Shown here in pieces: positions 40,539 through 49,463 of a stretch of DNA of 64,000 nt. The DNA lies in the NCBI GenBank assembly GCA_021813145.1, contig JAKALS010000004.1:72594-136593 (forward strand). Direction: 5' to 3'. The number at the start of each line of letters is the position of its first letter. Positions within the stretch are counted from its first letter, which is position 1. Under the pieces are notes generated by a model, which was not told where the DNA came from, made no database searches, and saw nothing but the letters and a program-made list of their open reading frames with translations. The translations under genes and the position numbers were made by a program. Source of the DNA: a bacterium (GTDB lineage: Bacteria > Patescibacteriota > Microgenomatia > Levybacterales > UBA12049).

Positions 40539-41066
40539 AATTAGAATAATAAGTTTCCACTTCGGACAACAGAGCCAGCAAGTTTTTTAACCTCGAAAAA
40601 GTAGATACCGCAAATATACCAAGAATGATCTTTCCGCCTTTAAATTCTATAATAACTTGGGTACGAGACATTTCTATTTCGTCAATATTACTTACCGATT
40701 TTGCTCCGAAAAATCTTCATATAGAAAGCAAAATCATAGTGAAACAAGCAAAAAGGAAGAGATTAACCGAAAGAAGATAAAATTAGAAGACAATAACAAT
40801 AAAATAGGGATGTTTTTTATGTGTTATTTATTATTCTAGATATAACACATCAAACGATATCATTATTGAGATACTCCTTTTATAGAGTCTCGTTTATCTA
40901 ACTTAGTCAACAAAAACAAATTGTTTCCGTAAATTATAAAATTTACCCCTGTTCCTAAACCTCTTCTTATCTATGATTTCCAGAATCCCAAAAATACGAA
41001 ATTTCCGAAACAAAGAGCTATTGAAAAGATTATAAGACTGAAATGGTTCTAGGCCGAGATGGCCAG

Positions 41067-42365
41067 CTAAGGTCGCAAGTTAAACTCTTCTTGTAGTTGA
41101 TTTATAGAAATTGTATTAGGTCTTTCGGGGTGAGGAGGTCCTAAGTCACTTCCTGTATCTACAAAATATATTTCTTTCCCGTCGAATAATAAGTTTGTCC
41201 AGAATTTTCCTACTGGTTGAAAACCTTGACTGTCAAGAATATTGGCAATATCTGTCAAACGTTGCATGAGATATGACCTTACACTACCTGGGGTAGAGTT
41301 GGAATTAATTATTGTGACTAATTCCTCATAACTTTTTGCATTGGCAATATACTCCTCAAATATATCCGCTCCTTTTATTCCATAAATTTTTGGAGTTATT
41401 ATGCCCAAACCTTGTAATAATTTAAGCCTATTCCACATTTGCCTCGCATGTAGTTCGCTATTTCCCATAGACACCACCGCTTTTTGGGCCACGTGTTGTA
41501 TCTTTACATTCCCTGATTCATCTTGAGTTACAACTGAATACGCAGTTAAGAATGTCTCAGCGCCTAATTGTGTAAACTCCATAATTCTTTTTAAGGCGAG
41601 CAGCATTTCTTCCTGTCTCAAAACGTTGACTTCTCTGAGCGTGGCTTCACTTACAGGCATTACCAAGTTTAAATTTCTAGATCTTAAAGCCTCAAGCCTT
41701 TTTTTTAGCCATTCGGTTTCTAGTTTTACATTATTAATTTTTTCTACTTTTGTATCCCCAGAACTTCCATGCACTAAGTTTTTCCTTACAGATAAAGCAA
41801 ATCTCCCCCTAATGCTGTCCGGAGATGCTTTCTCAGGATTAGTTGCGCCTATTTGCTGTCTCCATTCTGCTACTGCATTTCCATCAGGCGCATAAAGCAA
41901 GAAATATGTTATTGGGCCGCTAAGCATATGAGTTTTAAACAATTGCCATTCGTTTGTATCATCGGTTTTAATAGAAGAAAGCCTTTGCCTTACTTCTTCA
42001 GGATAGAATTCCTCAATGTCATCAGGCGAGGGAGATAGGCTAATTGTAAACACTACTTCCAGAGGGGATTTAATCATTCCAAGAAGTATTCTTTCGCCCA
42101 CCTCATCGCTATCAACGGATAATTTACTATCTTCGGTTCTTGGTTTGATTGCGCCTAATGTTACTTTCCCTTCTTCGATTAGTTGATTTAGCGCGGGATG
42201 GTCTAAAACGTCAATCATTTTATCGAGCTTATATCTTTCTAATTCTCCCAAGACGAGTCCTTCTGAATATCTAGTTTGAGAGTTTTCGGTAAAATAGGTT
42301 TCGGAAAGTACTTTTCTGCTTAACACTCGAGATTGTTCAATGGTAGCAAAACTTTCTCTAGTCAT
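41067..42365 (-). CDS. Nucleoside-diphosphate-kinase-domain protein with insertion, fused to an uncharacterised C-terminal domain
   Basis: N-terminal half aligns by eye to the NDK fold: 'KVTLGAIKP...', 'MLSGPITYFLLYAPDGNAVAEWRQQIGATNPEKASPDSIRGRFA', active-site-like 'NLVHGSSG'; about 210-aa C-terminal extension ending 'LLFDGKEIYFVDTGSDLGPP'. Confidence 0.55.
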   Translation of the reverse strand: MTRESFATIEQSRVLSRKVLSETYFTENSQTRYSEGLVLGELERYKLDKMIDVLDHPALNQLIEEGKVTLGAIKPRTEDSKLSVDSDEVGERILLGMIKSPLEVVFTISLSPSPDDIEEFYPEEVRQRLSSIKTDDTNEWQLFKTHMLSGPITYFLLYAPDGNAVAEWRQQIGATNPEKASPDSIRGRFALSVRKNLVHGSSGDTKVEKINNVKLETEWLKKRLEALRSRNLNLVMPVSEATLREVNVLRQEEMLLALKRIMEFTQLGAETFLTAYSVVTQDESGNVKIQHVAQKAVVSMGNSELHARQMWNRLKLLQGLGIITPKIYGIKGADIFEEYIANAKSYEELVTIINSNSTPGSVRSYLMQRLTDIANILDSQGFQPVGKFWTNLLFDGKEIYFVDTGSDLGPPHPERPNTISINQLQEEFNLRP

Positions 42366-42555
42366 ATTATTTTTTTATCCTTTCCAACAATCTCAAAAAG
42401 TCATCTATTTTTTTTATTTCCCTCTTGAGCTTTCCTATTTTTTTTGATTTAGTATCCATTTGGGCGCATTTTACTACTAGGAAGTTATGTTTGTCAAAAA
42501 ACTACGAGACTTGTAAATTATTCTATTTTGAGTATAATACTATCGGACAATTTAT

Positions 42556-44001
42556 ATGAGCCTAGAAAGAGAAGGGGGGAGGACGCTATTAATTAATCCT
42601 CCCTATACGGATTATTTTGATTCCGATCATTTTAAGCTTTCAAGACCTGATAGAAATTTATCTGGAGTTAATCTTCCTTTGGGAATAGGTTATATTGCTT
42701 CTTTCCTTCAAGAACGCGGAATTGAAGTTGACGGGCTAGATATGGAAGTGACTCAATCGTCACTTTCTGAAATAGCAGATAGAGTAAATAGAGAGGGAAT
42801 AAGATTTGTCGGTATTACTTCCGTAAGCAGTATTATAGATAAAGCTATCAGAATAGGAACTTATCTAAAAAAAAATACGGATGCCTATGTAGTCTTAGGT
42901 GGGGTTCATGCGACTGCAGAGCCTCAGGAAACAGCGTCTTTGGAAAGTTTTGATGCTGTAGCTGTCGGAGAAGGTGAGTTAACAATGCTTGATTTGGTGA
43001 CGGGATTACCTCCCGAGCAGGTAAGAGGGCTCTTATATAGAAAAAGTGGAGATGTAAAAATAAATCCGCCTCAACCAATTATTGAAGACTTAGATTCGCT
43101 GCCTCCTCCGGCGATAAACTTATTCCCTTTTGATCAATATAGGCCAAGCTTACATAGAGATTTGGATCCATCAATAGATCAGCCTTATTATACAGTAATT
43201 TCGTCTAGGGGATGTCCATACAGTTGTAGGTTTTGCTACTCCAAGGGAGTTTTTTCGTATAGAGTAAGAGATAGAAGTATAGGTAATGTAGTGGATGAAA
43301 TCGAGTCTTTCGCAAGAGAAAGAGGAAGAACTAAGGTAATGTTCTATGATGATACGTTTTCCTATGATAGGGCAAGAACTTTAGAGTTTTGCAATGAGGT
43401 AGGCCAAAGAAATCTAGATATTGTTTGGGGATGTAACACGAGGGTGGATAGAGTAACGCCGGAGATTTTAGCGGAAATGAGGAAAAGAGGATTAAAAAGA
43501 GTTTATGTTGGCGTAGAATCAGGCAATGATGCAATTTTAAAGCAGATGATGAAGGGGCTCACGAAAGATAAGGTTAGAAAGGGATTAGCAATTATGGCGG
43601 ATTCGGGTGTTGAAGTATCTGCTAGTTATATCATTGGAGTTCCGGGAGAAACAAGGAAGACTATTGAAGAAACGATAGCCTTTGCTATTGAAAATAATAC
43701 TGACTATGCTCATTTTTATACATTTACGCCTGACCCCGGATCTCCATATTACGTAGATTTGAAGTCGAGAGGAATCATAAAACCTTATGACTGGCTTAGC
43801 TACGGTCAAATGATTAGAAAAGGCACAGAGGCATTAGGCGAGAGAATTGATTGGGCAGAGCTACTCGAGTATACTAGAGAGGCGTATAGGAGATATTACT
43901 CTAGACCTGAATATCGTAGAATGAGAGAAAGGAAATTAAAAACTCCCTTGGAGCATTATCAAATGGAACTTTTAATAAATGAATATTCTGGAAATTTATA
44001 A
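42556..44001 (+). CDS. B12-binding radical SAM (class B) enzyme
   Basis: N-terminal cobalamin-binding Rossmann domain ('VNLPLGIGYIASFL'), CxxxCxxC 'CPYSCRFC', 481 aa. Confidence 0.85.
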   Translation: MSLEREGGRTLLINPPYTDYFDSDHFKLSRPDRNLSGVNLPLGIGYIASFLQERGIEVDGLDMEVTQSSLSEIADRVNREGIRFVGITSVSSIIDKAIRIGTYLKKNTDAYVVLGGVHATAEPQETASLESFDAVAVGEGELTMLDLVTGLPPEQVRGLLYRKSGDVKINPPQPIIEDLDSLPPPAINLFPFDQYRPSLHRDLDPSIDQPYYTVISSRGCPYSCRFCYSKGVFSYRVRDRSIGNVVDEIESFARERGRTKVMFYDDTFSYDRARTLEFCNEVGQRNLDIVWGCNTRVDRVTPEILAEMRKRGLKRVYVGVESGNDAILKQMMKGLTKDKVRKGLAIMADSGVEVSASYIIGVPGETRKTIEETIAFAIENNTDYAHFYTFTPDPGSPYYVDLKSRGIIKPYDWLSYGQMIRKGTEALGERIDWAELLEYTREAYRRYYSRPEYRRMRERKLKTPLEHYQMELLINEYSGNL

Positions 44002-44008
44002 TTAGAGT

Positions 44009-44452
44009 ATGGCTGAGCGAGAACCCGTAGAAAAACAGATTACTGTATTTGTAGGGTGCGTAGTGAAAAATGGATACGTATTGTTGGTTCAAAGAGCCGA
44101 GGAGGAATGTCCTGAAGCTCACATGAAATGGGAATTGCCTGGAGGTAAAGTGGATTTCAACGAGACACCGCAGGAATCGGTAGAGAGAGAATTTTTTGAG
44201 GAGACAGGGGTTAGGATAAAAGCTAGGAGTTTACTTCCCCGCGTTCAAGTTAGCTATTGGCAATATCCCTGGGGTAGGCAGCAGACGCTCGTTTTTTGTT
44301 TTACGTGTGATTTTGTTAATAGTAGTCCTTTCTTAGGTGATCATCACGTAGAGAAAATAGCATGGACACCAGTCAATGAAGTTAATAGATTACAAACAAT
44401 TCCGGGAACTAAGGAGTTTATTGAATTATCCCTACAACATTTAAGTTTATAA
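44009..44452 (+). CDS. NUDIX hydrolase
   Basis: Nudix box 'GGKVDFNETPQESVEREFFEETGV'. Confidence 0.85.
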   Translation: MAEREPVEKQITVFVGCVVKNGYVLLVQRAEEECPEAHMKWELPGGKVDFNETPQESVEREFFEETGVRIKARSLLPRVQVSYWQYPWGRQQTLVFCFTCDFVNSSPFLGDHHVEKIAWTPVNEVNRLQTIPGTKEFIELSLQHLSL

Positions 44453-45031
44453 TTTTTCTCTGTGCGTATAGTTGCCTTCTAACATTGTCGTAAATAATAT
44501 TTTGTCTAGTTTTGGAGTTAGGGAAGTAAGTCCATCATTTTCAATGACTGCATCTGCTAATTCTAAGCACCTTTCTGCCTGAACCCTGCTTCCATCTGTC
44601 TCCTCAAGGTTAATTAAATTTGTAAACTCTTGCCAAGTCGTCGGATCTCCTGGTCTTCCTCTTTCTTTTAACATCCTGAATCTAATCTCCGGAGGCATGC
44701 TTAATCCTAATATAAACGCACCCAACTCAGTTTTTAAAAATCTAACTTCTCCTGGGCTCCTAACACTATCTATTACCACTTTTTGAGTTCCTGAAGACTC
44801 AATCCAAATTTTTGCTCTTCTAGCCAAAATATCATCACCAAATTTTTCCCTGAGCGCACTACTTATTCCAAAAAGTGTTTTTCTATTATCGTCTAGCGCC
44901 AGGATGGTCGCAACGTCTCTCAAAGTTTGCGATAATGAATAATAGACAAAGCCTCTTCTTTGTAGATCTGAAGCGATAGTACTTTTGCCAGAAGCCGGGC
45001 TCCCGACAAGGCCGATAGCAAGAGTTTTCAT
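44447..45031 (-). CDS. P-loop nucleotide/nucleoside kinase-like protein
   Basis: 'IGLVGSPASGKSTIASDL' Walker A; start placed at ATG 45031 (MKTLAIGL), whose upstream has an extended -10. Confidence 0.55.
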   Translation of the reverse strand: MKTLAIGLVGSPASGKSTIASDLQRRGFVYYSLSQTLRDVATILALDDNRKTLFGISSALREKFGDDILARRAKIWIESSGTQKVVIDSVRSPGEVRFLKTELGAFILGLSMPPEIRFRMLKERGRPGDPTTWQEFTNLINLEETDGSRVQAERCLELADAVIENDGLTSLTPKLDKILFTTMLEGNYTHREKL

Positions 45032-45040
45032 TTGTACGAG

Positions 45041-45049
45041 ATTATAGCA
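45041..45049 (-). promoter_or_regulatory. Extended -10 box (TGCTATAAT) 9 nt upstream of the kinase ATG; probable leaderless transcript
   Basis: Minus-strand TGCTATAAT-CTCGTACAA-ATG. Confidence 0.4.
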
Positions 45050-45565
45050 GAAGAACCCTCTCCTTACAAATAATATAGGATAAATATTTTGGGATATCTC
45101 AAAGAACCCGGTAACTATCTGGTTATTGTTATATTTCGGGGATTTATTTCGGATAATGTTTATCAACCCAGGGTGGATACCCAGCCCATGGCTTCGGTTC
45201 TTGTAAAAAACGGATATATAACTCTTGCACCCGATTTTTGGACTACGGGCAGTCTTCCAAAGACCATATAAGCCAAGCCCGCTGCCTCCTCAGTTCGATA
45301 TTTGCTTCCGGGTTCAGTTGGGGTATCCGGGCTGTTCGAACTATACGATTAGCCCGTTATATCAAAAAATTCGTAATGCTGACAAGCAGGATGTTGATGA
45401 CAGCTGAGCATCTCGGTCTAGACCCGTTTAGTCGTTATAACTGATTGTATCACTTCGAGGCTAAATGAGACAAATGAGACAGTATAAAAAGGGATGTCTC
45501 AATGATGATATAGTTTGATATATTCATTCTTTGGGTCTGCTTTGTCTTGATGATATAATGCTTTT

Positions 45566-46054
45566 GTGGAAGTCAATGCTACGACAGAGAAAATAATTAA
45601 ATTATTAAAAGATAATAAGATTTGGTTCGAAATGCATGAGCATGCCCCAGTCAGAACCTCTGAAGAGGCAGCCAAATTAAGAATCGGATATACTCTACAT
45701 CAGGGCGCAAAAGCTTTAATTCTTCACATCGATGATGGTCAAAAAAAGCGGTTTTTAATGTGCGTTTTGCCTGCCGATAAAAAGATCGACAACAATAGAT
45801 TAAGGCAGATTTTACAAACTAAAGACATTCGTTTCGCAACCATCGATGAAGTAGAAATAGTCACAAATGGAGTAAAAATCGGAGGCGTTCCTCCATTTGG
45901 GAATTTATTTACTGTAGAAACTATTGTAGATAACGAACTGCTTACTAACGAGACCATAGTTTTCAATGCAGGAGATAGAAGAATCACTATTGCGATGAAA
46001 GCTAAGGACTACATTTTTCTTACAAAACCTAGGCTGGAGTCTTTCTGCAAATAG
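45566..46054 (+). CDS. YbaK/ProX-type aminoacyl-tRNA deacylase (trans-editing domain)
   Basis: 'GAKALILH', 'GGVPPFGNLF' motifs of the YbaK/ProRS-editing family. Confidence 0.8.
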   Translation: MEVNATTEKIIKLLKDNKIWFEMHEHAPVRTSEEAAKLRIGYTLHQGAKALILHIDDGQKKRFLMCVLPADKKIDNNRLRQILQTKDIRFATIDEVEIVTNGVKIGGVPPFGNLFTVETIVDNELLTNETIVFNAGDRRITIAMKAKDYIFLTKPRLESFCK

Positions 46055-46069
46055 TTTTGGTTTTGAAGA

Positions 46070-46771
46070 TTAGGTTTTTCTGCTGTAGTATCTTTCTAGT
46101 AATGCTAAGGATAAGATCTCAACAGAATTATAGACTGGAAGCGAATATTCAATTGGAAATACTAAAGGTAATTCTGTGCAAGCAAGCACTATAGCCTCCG
46201 CGCCCTCTGACTTTAATATATCAGCTATTCTTTTTAGGTTATTCATATCTTCACCGGTTGAGGACTCAGAAATAACATTTCTTATTGCCTGTTCTATTAT
46301 TGGAAACTCTTTTTCATCAGGTACTATTACATTTACTTCTTTTTTCTCAAGAGCCTTTTGATAAATAGATGAATTAAGAGTTGATGGGGTGCCTAGTAAC
46401 CCAACTTTCTTAATATTATCTTTTTCAATTTGAGTTACAACCTCATCAACGATAGAAACGAATGGAAAATTAGATATAGATTGTAAATCCTGAAGCATTA
46501 TGTGAGCAGTATTGCAAGCAATTGCGCCACATAGAACATTCAGCTTATTCAGTTCTAAAACTTTTTGTTTCAATATCTCAAGCGCTTCTTTTTCTTTCGT
46601 AGAAGAAGATATGAAATCAGGAACAGGAACAGAATACAAGACAATTTGCGGAAAGTCCTCATTATTTACCGCATGGAATTGTTTGACTGCATTATTAATC
46701 AGCGCCGAGTATAAATACGCAGACGCTTCTGGTCCCATTCCTCCTATAATTGCTATTGGTTTATTTTTCAT
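46070..46771 (-). CDS. Aspartate/glutamate racemase family protein
   Basis: 'KPIAIIGGMGPEAS', 'LCGAIACNTAH', 'IVLACTELP'; start placed at ATG 46771 (the ORF-track extension upstream is probably non-coding). Confidence 0.8.
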   Translation of the reverse strand: MKNKPIAIIGGMGPEASAYLYSALINNAVKQFHAVNNEDFPQIVLYSVPVPDFISSSTKEKEALEILKQKVLELNKLNVLCGAIACNTAHIMLQDLQSISNFPFVSIVDEVVTQIEKDNIKKVGLLGTPSTLNSSIYQKALEKKEVNVIVPDEKEFPIIEQAIRNVISESSTGEDMNNLKRIADILKSEGAEAIVLACTELPLVFPIEYSLPVYNSVEILSLALLERYYSRKT

Positions 46772-46780
46772 ATTAGTCAA

Positions 46781-46831
46781 CAAAAAACCCTTGCAAATTC
46801 TCAAGATGAAATTCTCAAAAACTTGCAAGGG
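46781..46831 (-). terminator. Hairpin (CCCTTGCAA...TTGCAAGGG) followed by a U-run just upstream of the racemase ATG; terminator of the upstream gene or attenuator
   Basis: Minus-strand CCCTTGCAAG-N26-TTGCAAGGG-TTTTTTG. Confidence 0.4.
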
Positions 46832-47014
46832 TCCTGCAAAAGGACTGTGCCACCTTGCTTTGGTCTTATTCATGACGCGCTCCGTTACCGACACACGTTG
46901 CTGACTTTTACGGTTTCGCCTCCGTGACTGATTAAGTCCTGCTCCCCGATCCCAACCATATCGGATCAACGCATTTACTTTCTAAGCGTAGGATACCACA
47001 AAACAGAAATTACG

Positions 47015-47506
47015 TCAAGCAGCTTGGGATGATTCAGGCACAGTCCATTCCTTTAGATCAGTCTCAAATTCTCTTACCAGATTAACTCCTTTTTTGACTG
47101 CATTTGTGCTGTTTGGTAAAGAACTTTCTCCCTGTCCAGTGTATTCAATTAATGCATCTGGGTATCCATGCGTAATTATAGTTGTATCCACATGTACCTT
47201 TCGACCATCTCCCATTAACTCCAACTGTTGCCCTTCCCATATTGGCATAAAATTAATTTCATATAAATGACCGTTGCCGGCGATTATTGGAAAGCTGCTC
47301 CTATTTCCTAAAACAAGCAAGCTTCCATATGTGTCGCTTTGAAGAAATCCGGGAGTTCTAATTAAAGCAGCAATTACAGTATCGATTATGCGACAAGCAT
47401 TATCTAATCTTTCTGATTGAATTAGTTGTCTATTTTCTGTCCCTAGCCATGCATCAAATGCTATAGCGCTTATTTGCTGCTGTACTGCTTCTCTATTTAA
47501 ACTCAT
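47015..47506 (-). CDS. Hypothetical protein (163 aa)
   Basis: Translationally coupled downstream of trpS (4-nt gap); no recognised motif. Confidence 0.5.
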   Translation of the reverse strand: MSLNREAVQQQISAIAFDAWLGTENRQLIQSERLDNACRIIDTVIAALIRTPGFLQSDTYGSLLVLGNRSSFPIIAGNGHLYEINFMPIWEGQQLELMGDGRKVHVDTTIITHGYPDALIEYTGQGESSLPNSTNAVKKGVNLVREFETDLKEWTVPESSQAA

Positions 47507-47510
47507 ACGC

Positions 47511-48680
47511 CTATTTTACCTTAAGAGGTGATCGGATTGGAGTATCAAATATAAATTCCGGTGTTCTTGCTTTTGCCTCTGGCAATTTACCTTGATGATC
47601 AGCGAGATACACCAAGACTTCATCGACTGCTTGAGCCTTACATTCTCCGCACAAAATCTCACCACTACTACATTGCTCAGCAAGCCTGCTATTATCAAAG
47701 TGGTATGTTCTTAATTGATATATAGGACAGATTTCGGGAACTCCTCCATGCTCCCTTTGGAAACTGCCCAAAACACTGCCCCCTGTGTAAGCTGACATAA
47801 TTTTCTTTTTTGCAGTTTTGGGATCATCTGTTAAGAATACCGCGCCTTCTGGTCTGGATGCGGACATTTTTCCTTTTCCATCCAAACCTGCTCCAAATTT
47901 TGTGAATGTTGCTGCAGGCGGAGTAAATCCCTTTTTGCGGGCTGCATCCCTTGCCAATAATATGTACGGATACTGATCAACTCCTACCGGAATTACCGTT
48001 GGTTTTGGCCCCCCAAGTTCTTCATATTGAGGTAAGAGAATTTGTGCTAGTTGAACTGCTCCTCGATAGAAAACCGTACCAGAGTTTTCACCTTCCTCAT
48101 CTTTACCGAATCCAAAAACTCCGAAAATTTTATTTAGGCTTGTGTGTTTTGCGATATCCATAGCGGCATTGTAAAGGTCCGGATAGTCAGAATCTACGAA
48201 TATGTGTGTTTTATCTGGAGAAAAACCCATAGCTATAATGCTTGGAATTACAGATTCGTAAGCAGTTCTTCTAGCCTCACCTAGACTACTAGCTTTACCA
48301 ACAAGATAACTCTCGTCGTTTGTTATGGGAATATATACATCCGCTCCTTGTCTTTGCATCCATAATAATTCGTCGAAGACTTGTTTGTGCCCAAAATGTA
48401 ATGGGCCTGAAGGGTTAAGCCCTGAAACCACAGCCCATGGCTCTCCATTGGCCATTGCGCCAACTACGCTTTCTAAATCTCTATGAGCGAAGGTAACTCC
48501 TAATTCCATTAGTCGACTTGGATCAGGATGATATAACCTAAATCTATCAATAGGTTTTAAATCTAGCTCAGCCATTTTTTGAGGATAATAAGCTAACTCC
48601 TCATCTCGCTTTGCTAATTTAGCTTGATGATCTTGTCTTGAAATTTCTTCTAGTTGTGTTTGTCGTTCAGGTCCTAGCAT
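47511..48680 (-). CDS. trpS: Tryptophan--tRNA ligase, archaeal/eukaryotic type
   Basis: HIGH-type 'GPLHFGH', 'GVDQYPYILLARD', KMSAS variant 'KMSASRPEG'. Confidence 0.75.
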   Translation of the reverse strand: MLGPERQTQLEEISRQDHQAKLAKRDEELAYYPQKMAELDLKPIDRFRLYHPDPSRLMELGVTFAHRDLESVVGAMANGEPWAVVSGLNPSGPLHFGHKQVFDELLWMQRQGADVYIPITNDESYLVGKASSLGEARRTAYESVIPSIIAMGFSPDKTHIFVDSDYPDLYNAAMDIAKHTSLNKIFGVFGFGKDEEGENSGTVFYRGAVQLAQILLPQYEELGGPKPTVIPVGVDQYPYILLARDAARKKGFTPPAATFTKFGAGLDGKGKMSASRPEGAVFLTDDPKTAKKKIMSAYTGGSVLGSFQREHGGVPEICPIYQLRTYHFDNSRLAEQCSSGEILCGECKAQAVDEVLVYLADHQGKLPEAKARTPEFIFDTPIRSPLKVK

Positions 48681-48681
48681 A

Positions 48682-49461
48682 TTATTTAACGGGATATGAA
48701 TTAACTAATGTTCTTAAAAACATTACGGTTTCGTCTATCGCCCTTGGATTGACATTAGTAATGTCATCATCTTTAGTTTGCATTCTGTGCCAAGCTCCTT
48801 CGTGGTAACGCGCTATTACTGCTGCTGCTAAACCCTCTTCTAGAAAGGCTAGATTGTCAGCATTTGGACTATGGTCCCTAAGCTCAACAGGTACTCCTAC
48901 TTTCTTCCCGTGCTCAATGAGAAGCTTATTTAGTTCAGCTGTGTTATCAAGTCTTCTTCCAGTTGTTTGGAAAACCGACATATTTCCTTTTCCAACTGCT
49001 TGAATTGTAATCGCCCCATCGTAAGTATCGATAAATTCCGTTTCATCTGTTATTAAATGTTGTACAAATAGTTTTGACCCTGGAACAAAATCAGGATTTC
49101 TTCGTTGTCTAGTAGCTAAATCCGGATCTAATCCAGCATCAAAATACACCAACCTGATATTAACCGGCAATTTTGCCTTCTGTAAGTGTTCGCTCAACTT
49201 TAATAGCGTGACTACGCTGCTTCCATTGTTGTTGGCGCTTGGTAATGTACCAAAAGTATCGTAATTCGCAGTTACCCAAAGATCATGCGGTTTGTCGTAA
49301 TCAAAAGCAACTACAAGATGTCTGTCAACCCCGCGGGGAGATGTAATTTCGTAAACACGAGGAATTATGCCAAGCTTTCTAGTCTCTTCATCCAAATAAT
49401 TTGCCCGGCCTTCGGTGCCTTGCCCCATTAAACTTTTTAAACTCTTATAGGTTTCTATCAT
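48682..49461 (-). CDS. Hypothetical protein with weak M28-peptidase-like core but substituted metal ligands
   Basis: 'WVTANYDTFGTLPSANNNGSSVVTLLKLSEHL' parallels the M28 'AHYDS...GA.DNASG' block with His->Asn and Asp->Asn. Confidence 0.35.
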   Translation of the reverse strand: MIETYKSLKSLMGQGTEGRANYLDEETRKLGIIPRVYEITSPRGVDRHLVVAFDYDKPHDLWVTANYDTFGTLPSANNNGSSVVTLLKLSEHLQKAKLPVNIRLVYFDAGLDPDLATRQRRNPDFVPGSKLFVQHLITDETEFIDTYDGAITIQAVGKGNMSVFQTTGRRLDNTAELNKLLIEHGKKVGVPVELRDHSPNADNLAFLEEGLAAAVIARYHEGAWHRMQTKDDDITNVNPRAIDETVMFLRTLVNSYPVK

Positions 49462-49463
49462 AT

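Noticed and set aside
40657-40839. 60-aa ORF in the 520-nt AT-rich convergent spacer between the methyltransferase and the NDK-fusion gene
   Set aside because: It is a low-complexity Lys/Asn-rich translation with no RBS. The spacer probably holds two terminators or untranslated sequence.
45089-45444. Three overlapping 60-68-aa ORFs in the kinase/ybaK spacer
   Set aside because: They are mutually overlapping in different frames, have no Shine-Dalgarno or promoter context, and their compositions are unlike neighbouring proteins. The region is treated as non-coding.
46772-46969. N-terminal 66-aa extension of the racemase ORF as given in the ORF track (start at 46969)
   Set aside because: The extension is Arg/Ser-rich and unlike racemase N-termini. 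The canonical 'KPIAIIGGMGP' start is at the internal ATG 46771, and the upstream stretch contains a terminator-like hairpin.
46772-47014. T-box or cobalamin riboswitch in the racemase leader (AGGTGGCACAG resembles both)
   Set aside because: Neither the T-box consensus (AAnnnGGGTGGnACCGCG) nor the B12 box (GCCACTG) is matched, and there is no specifier/antiterminator geometry.
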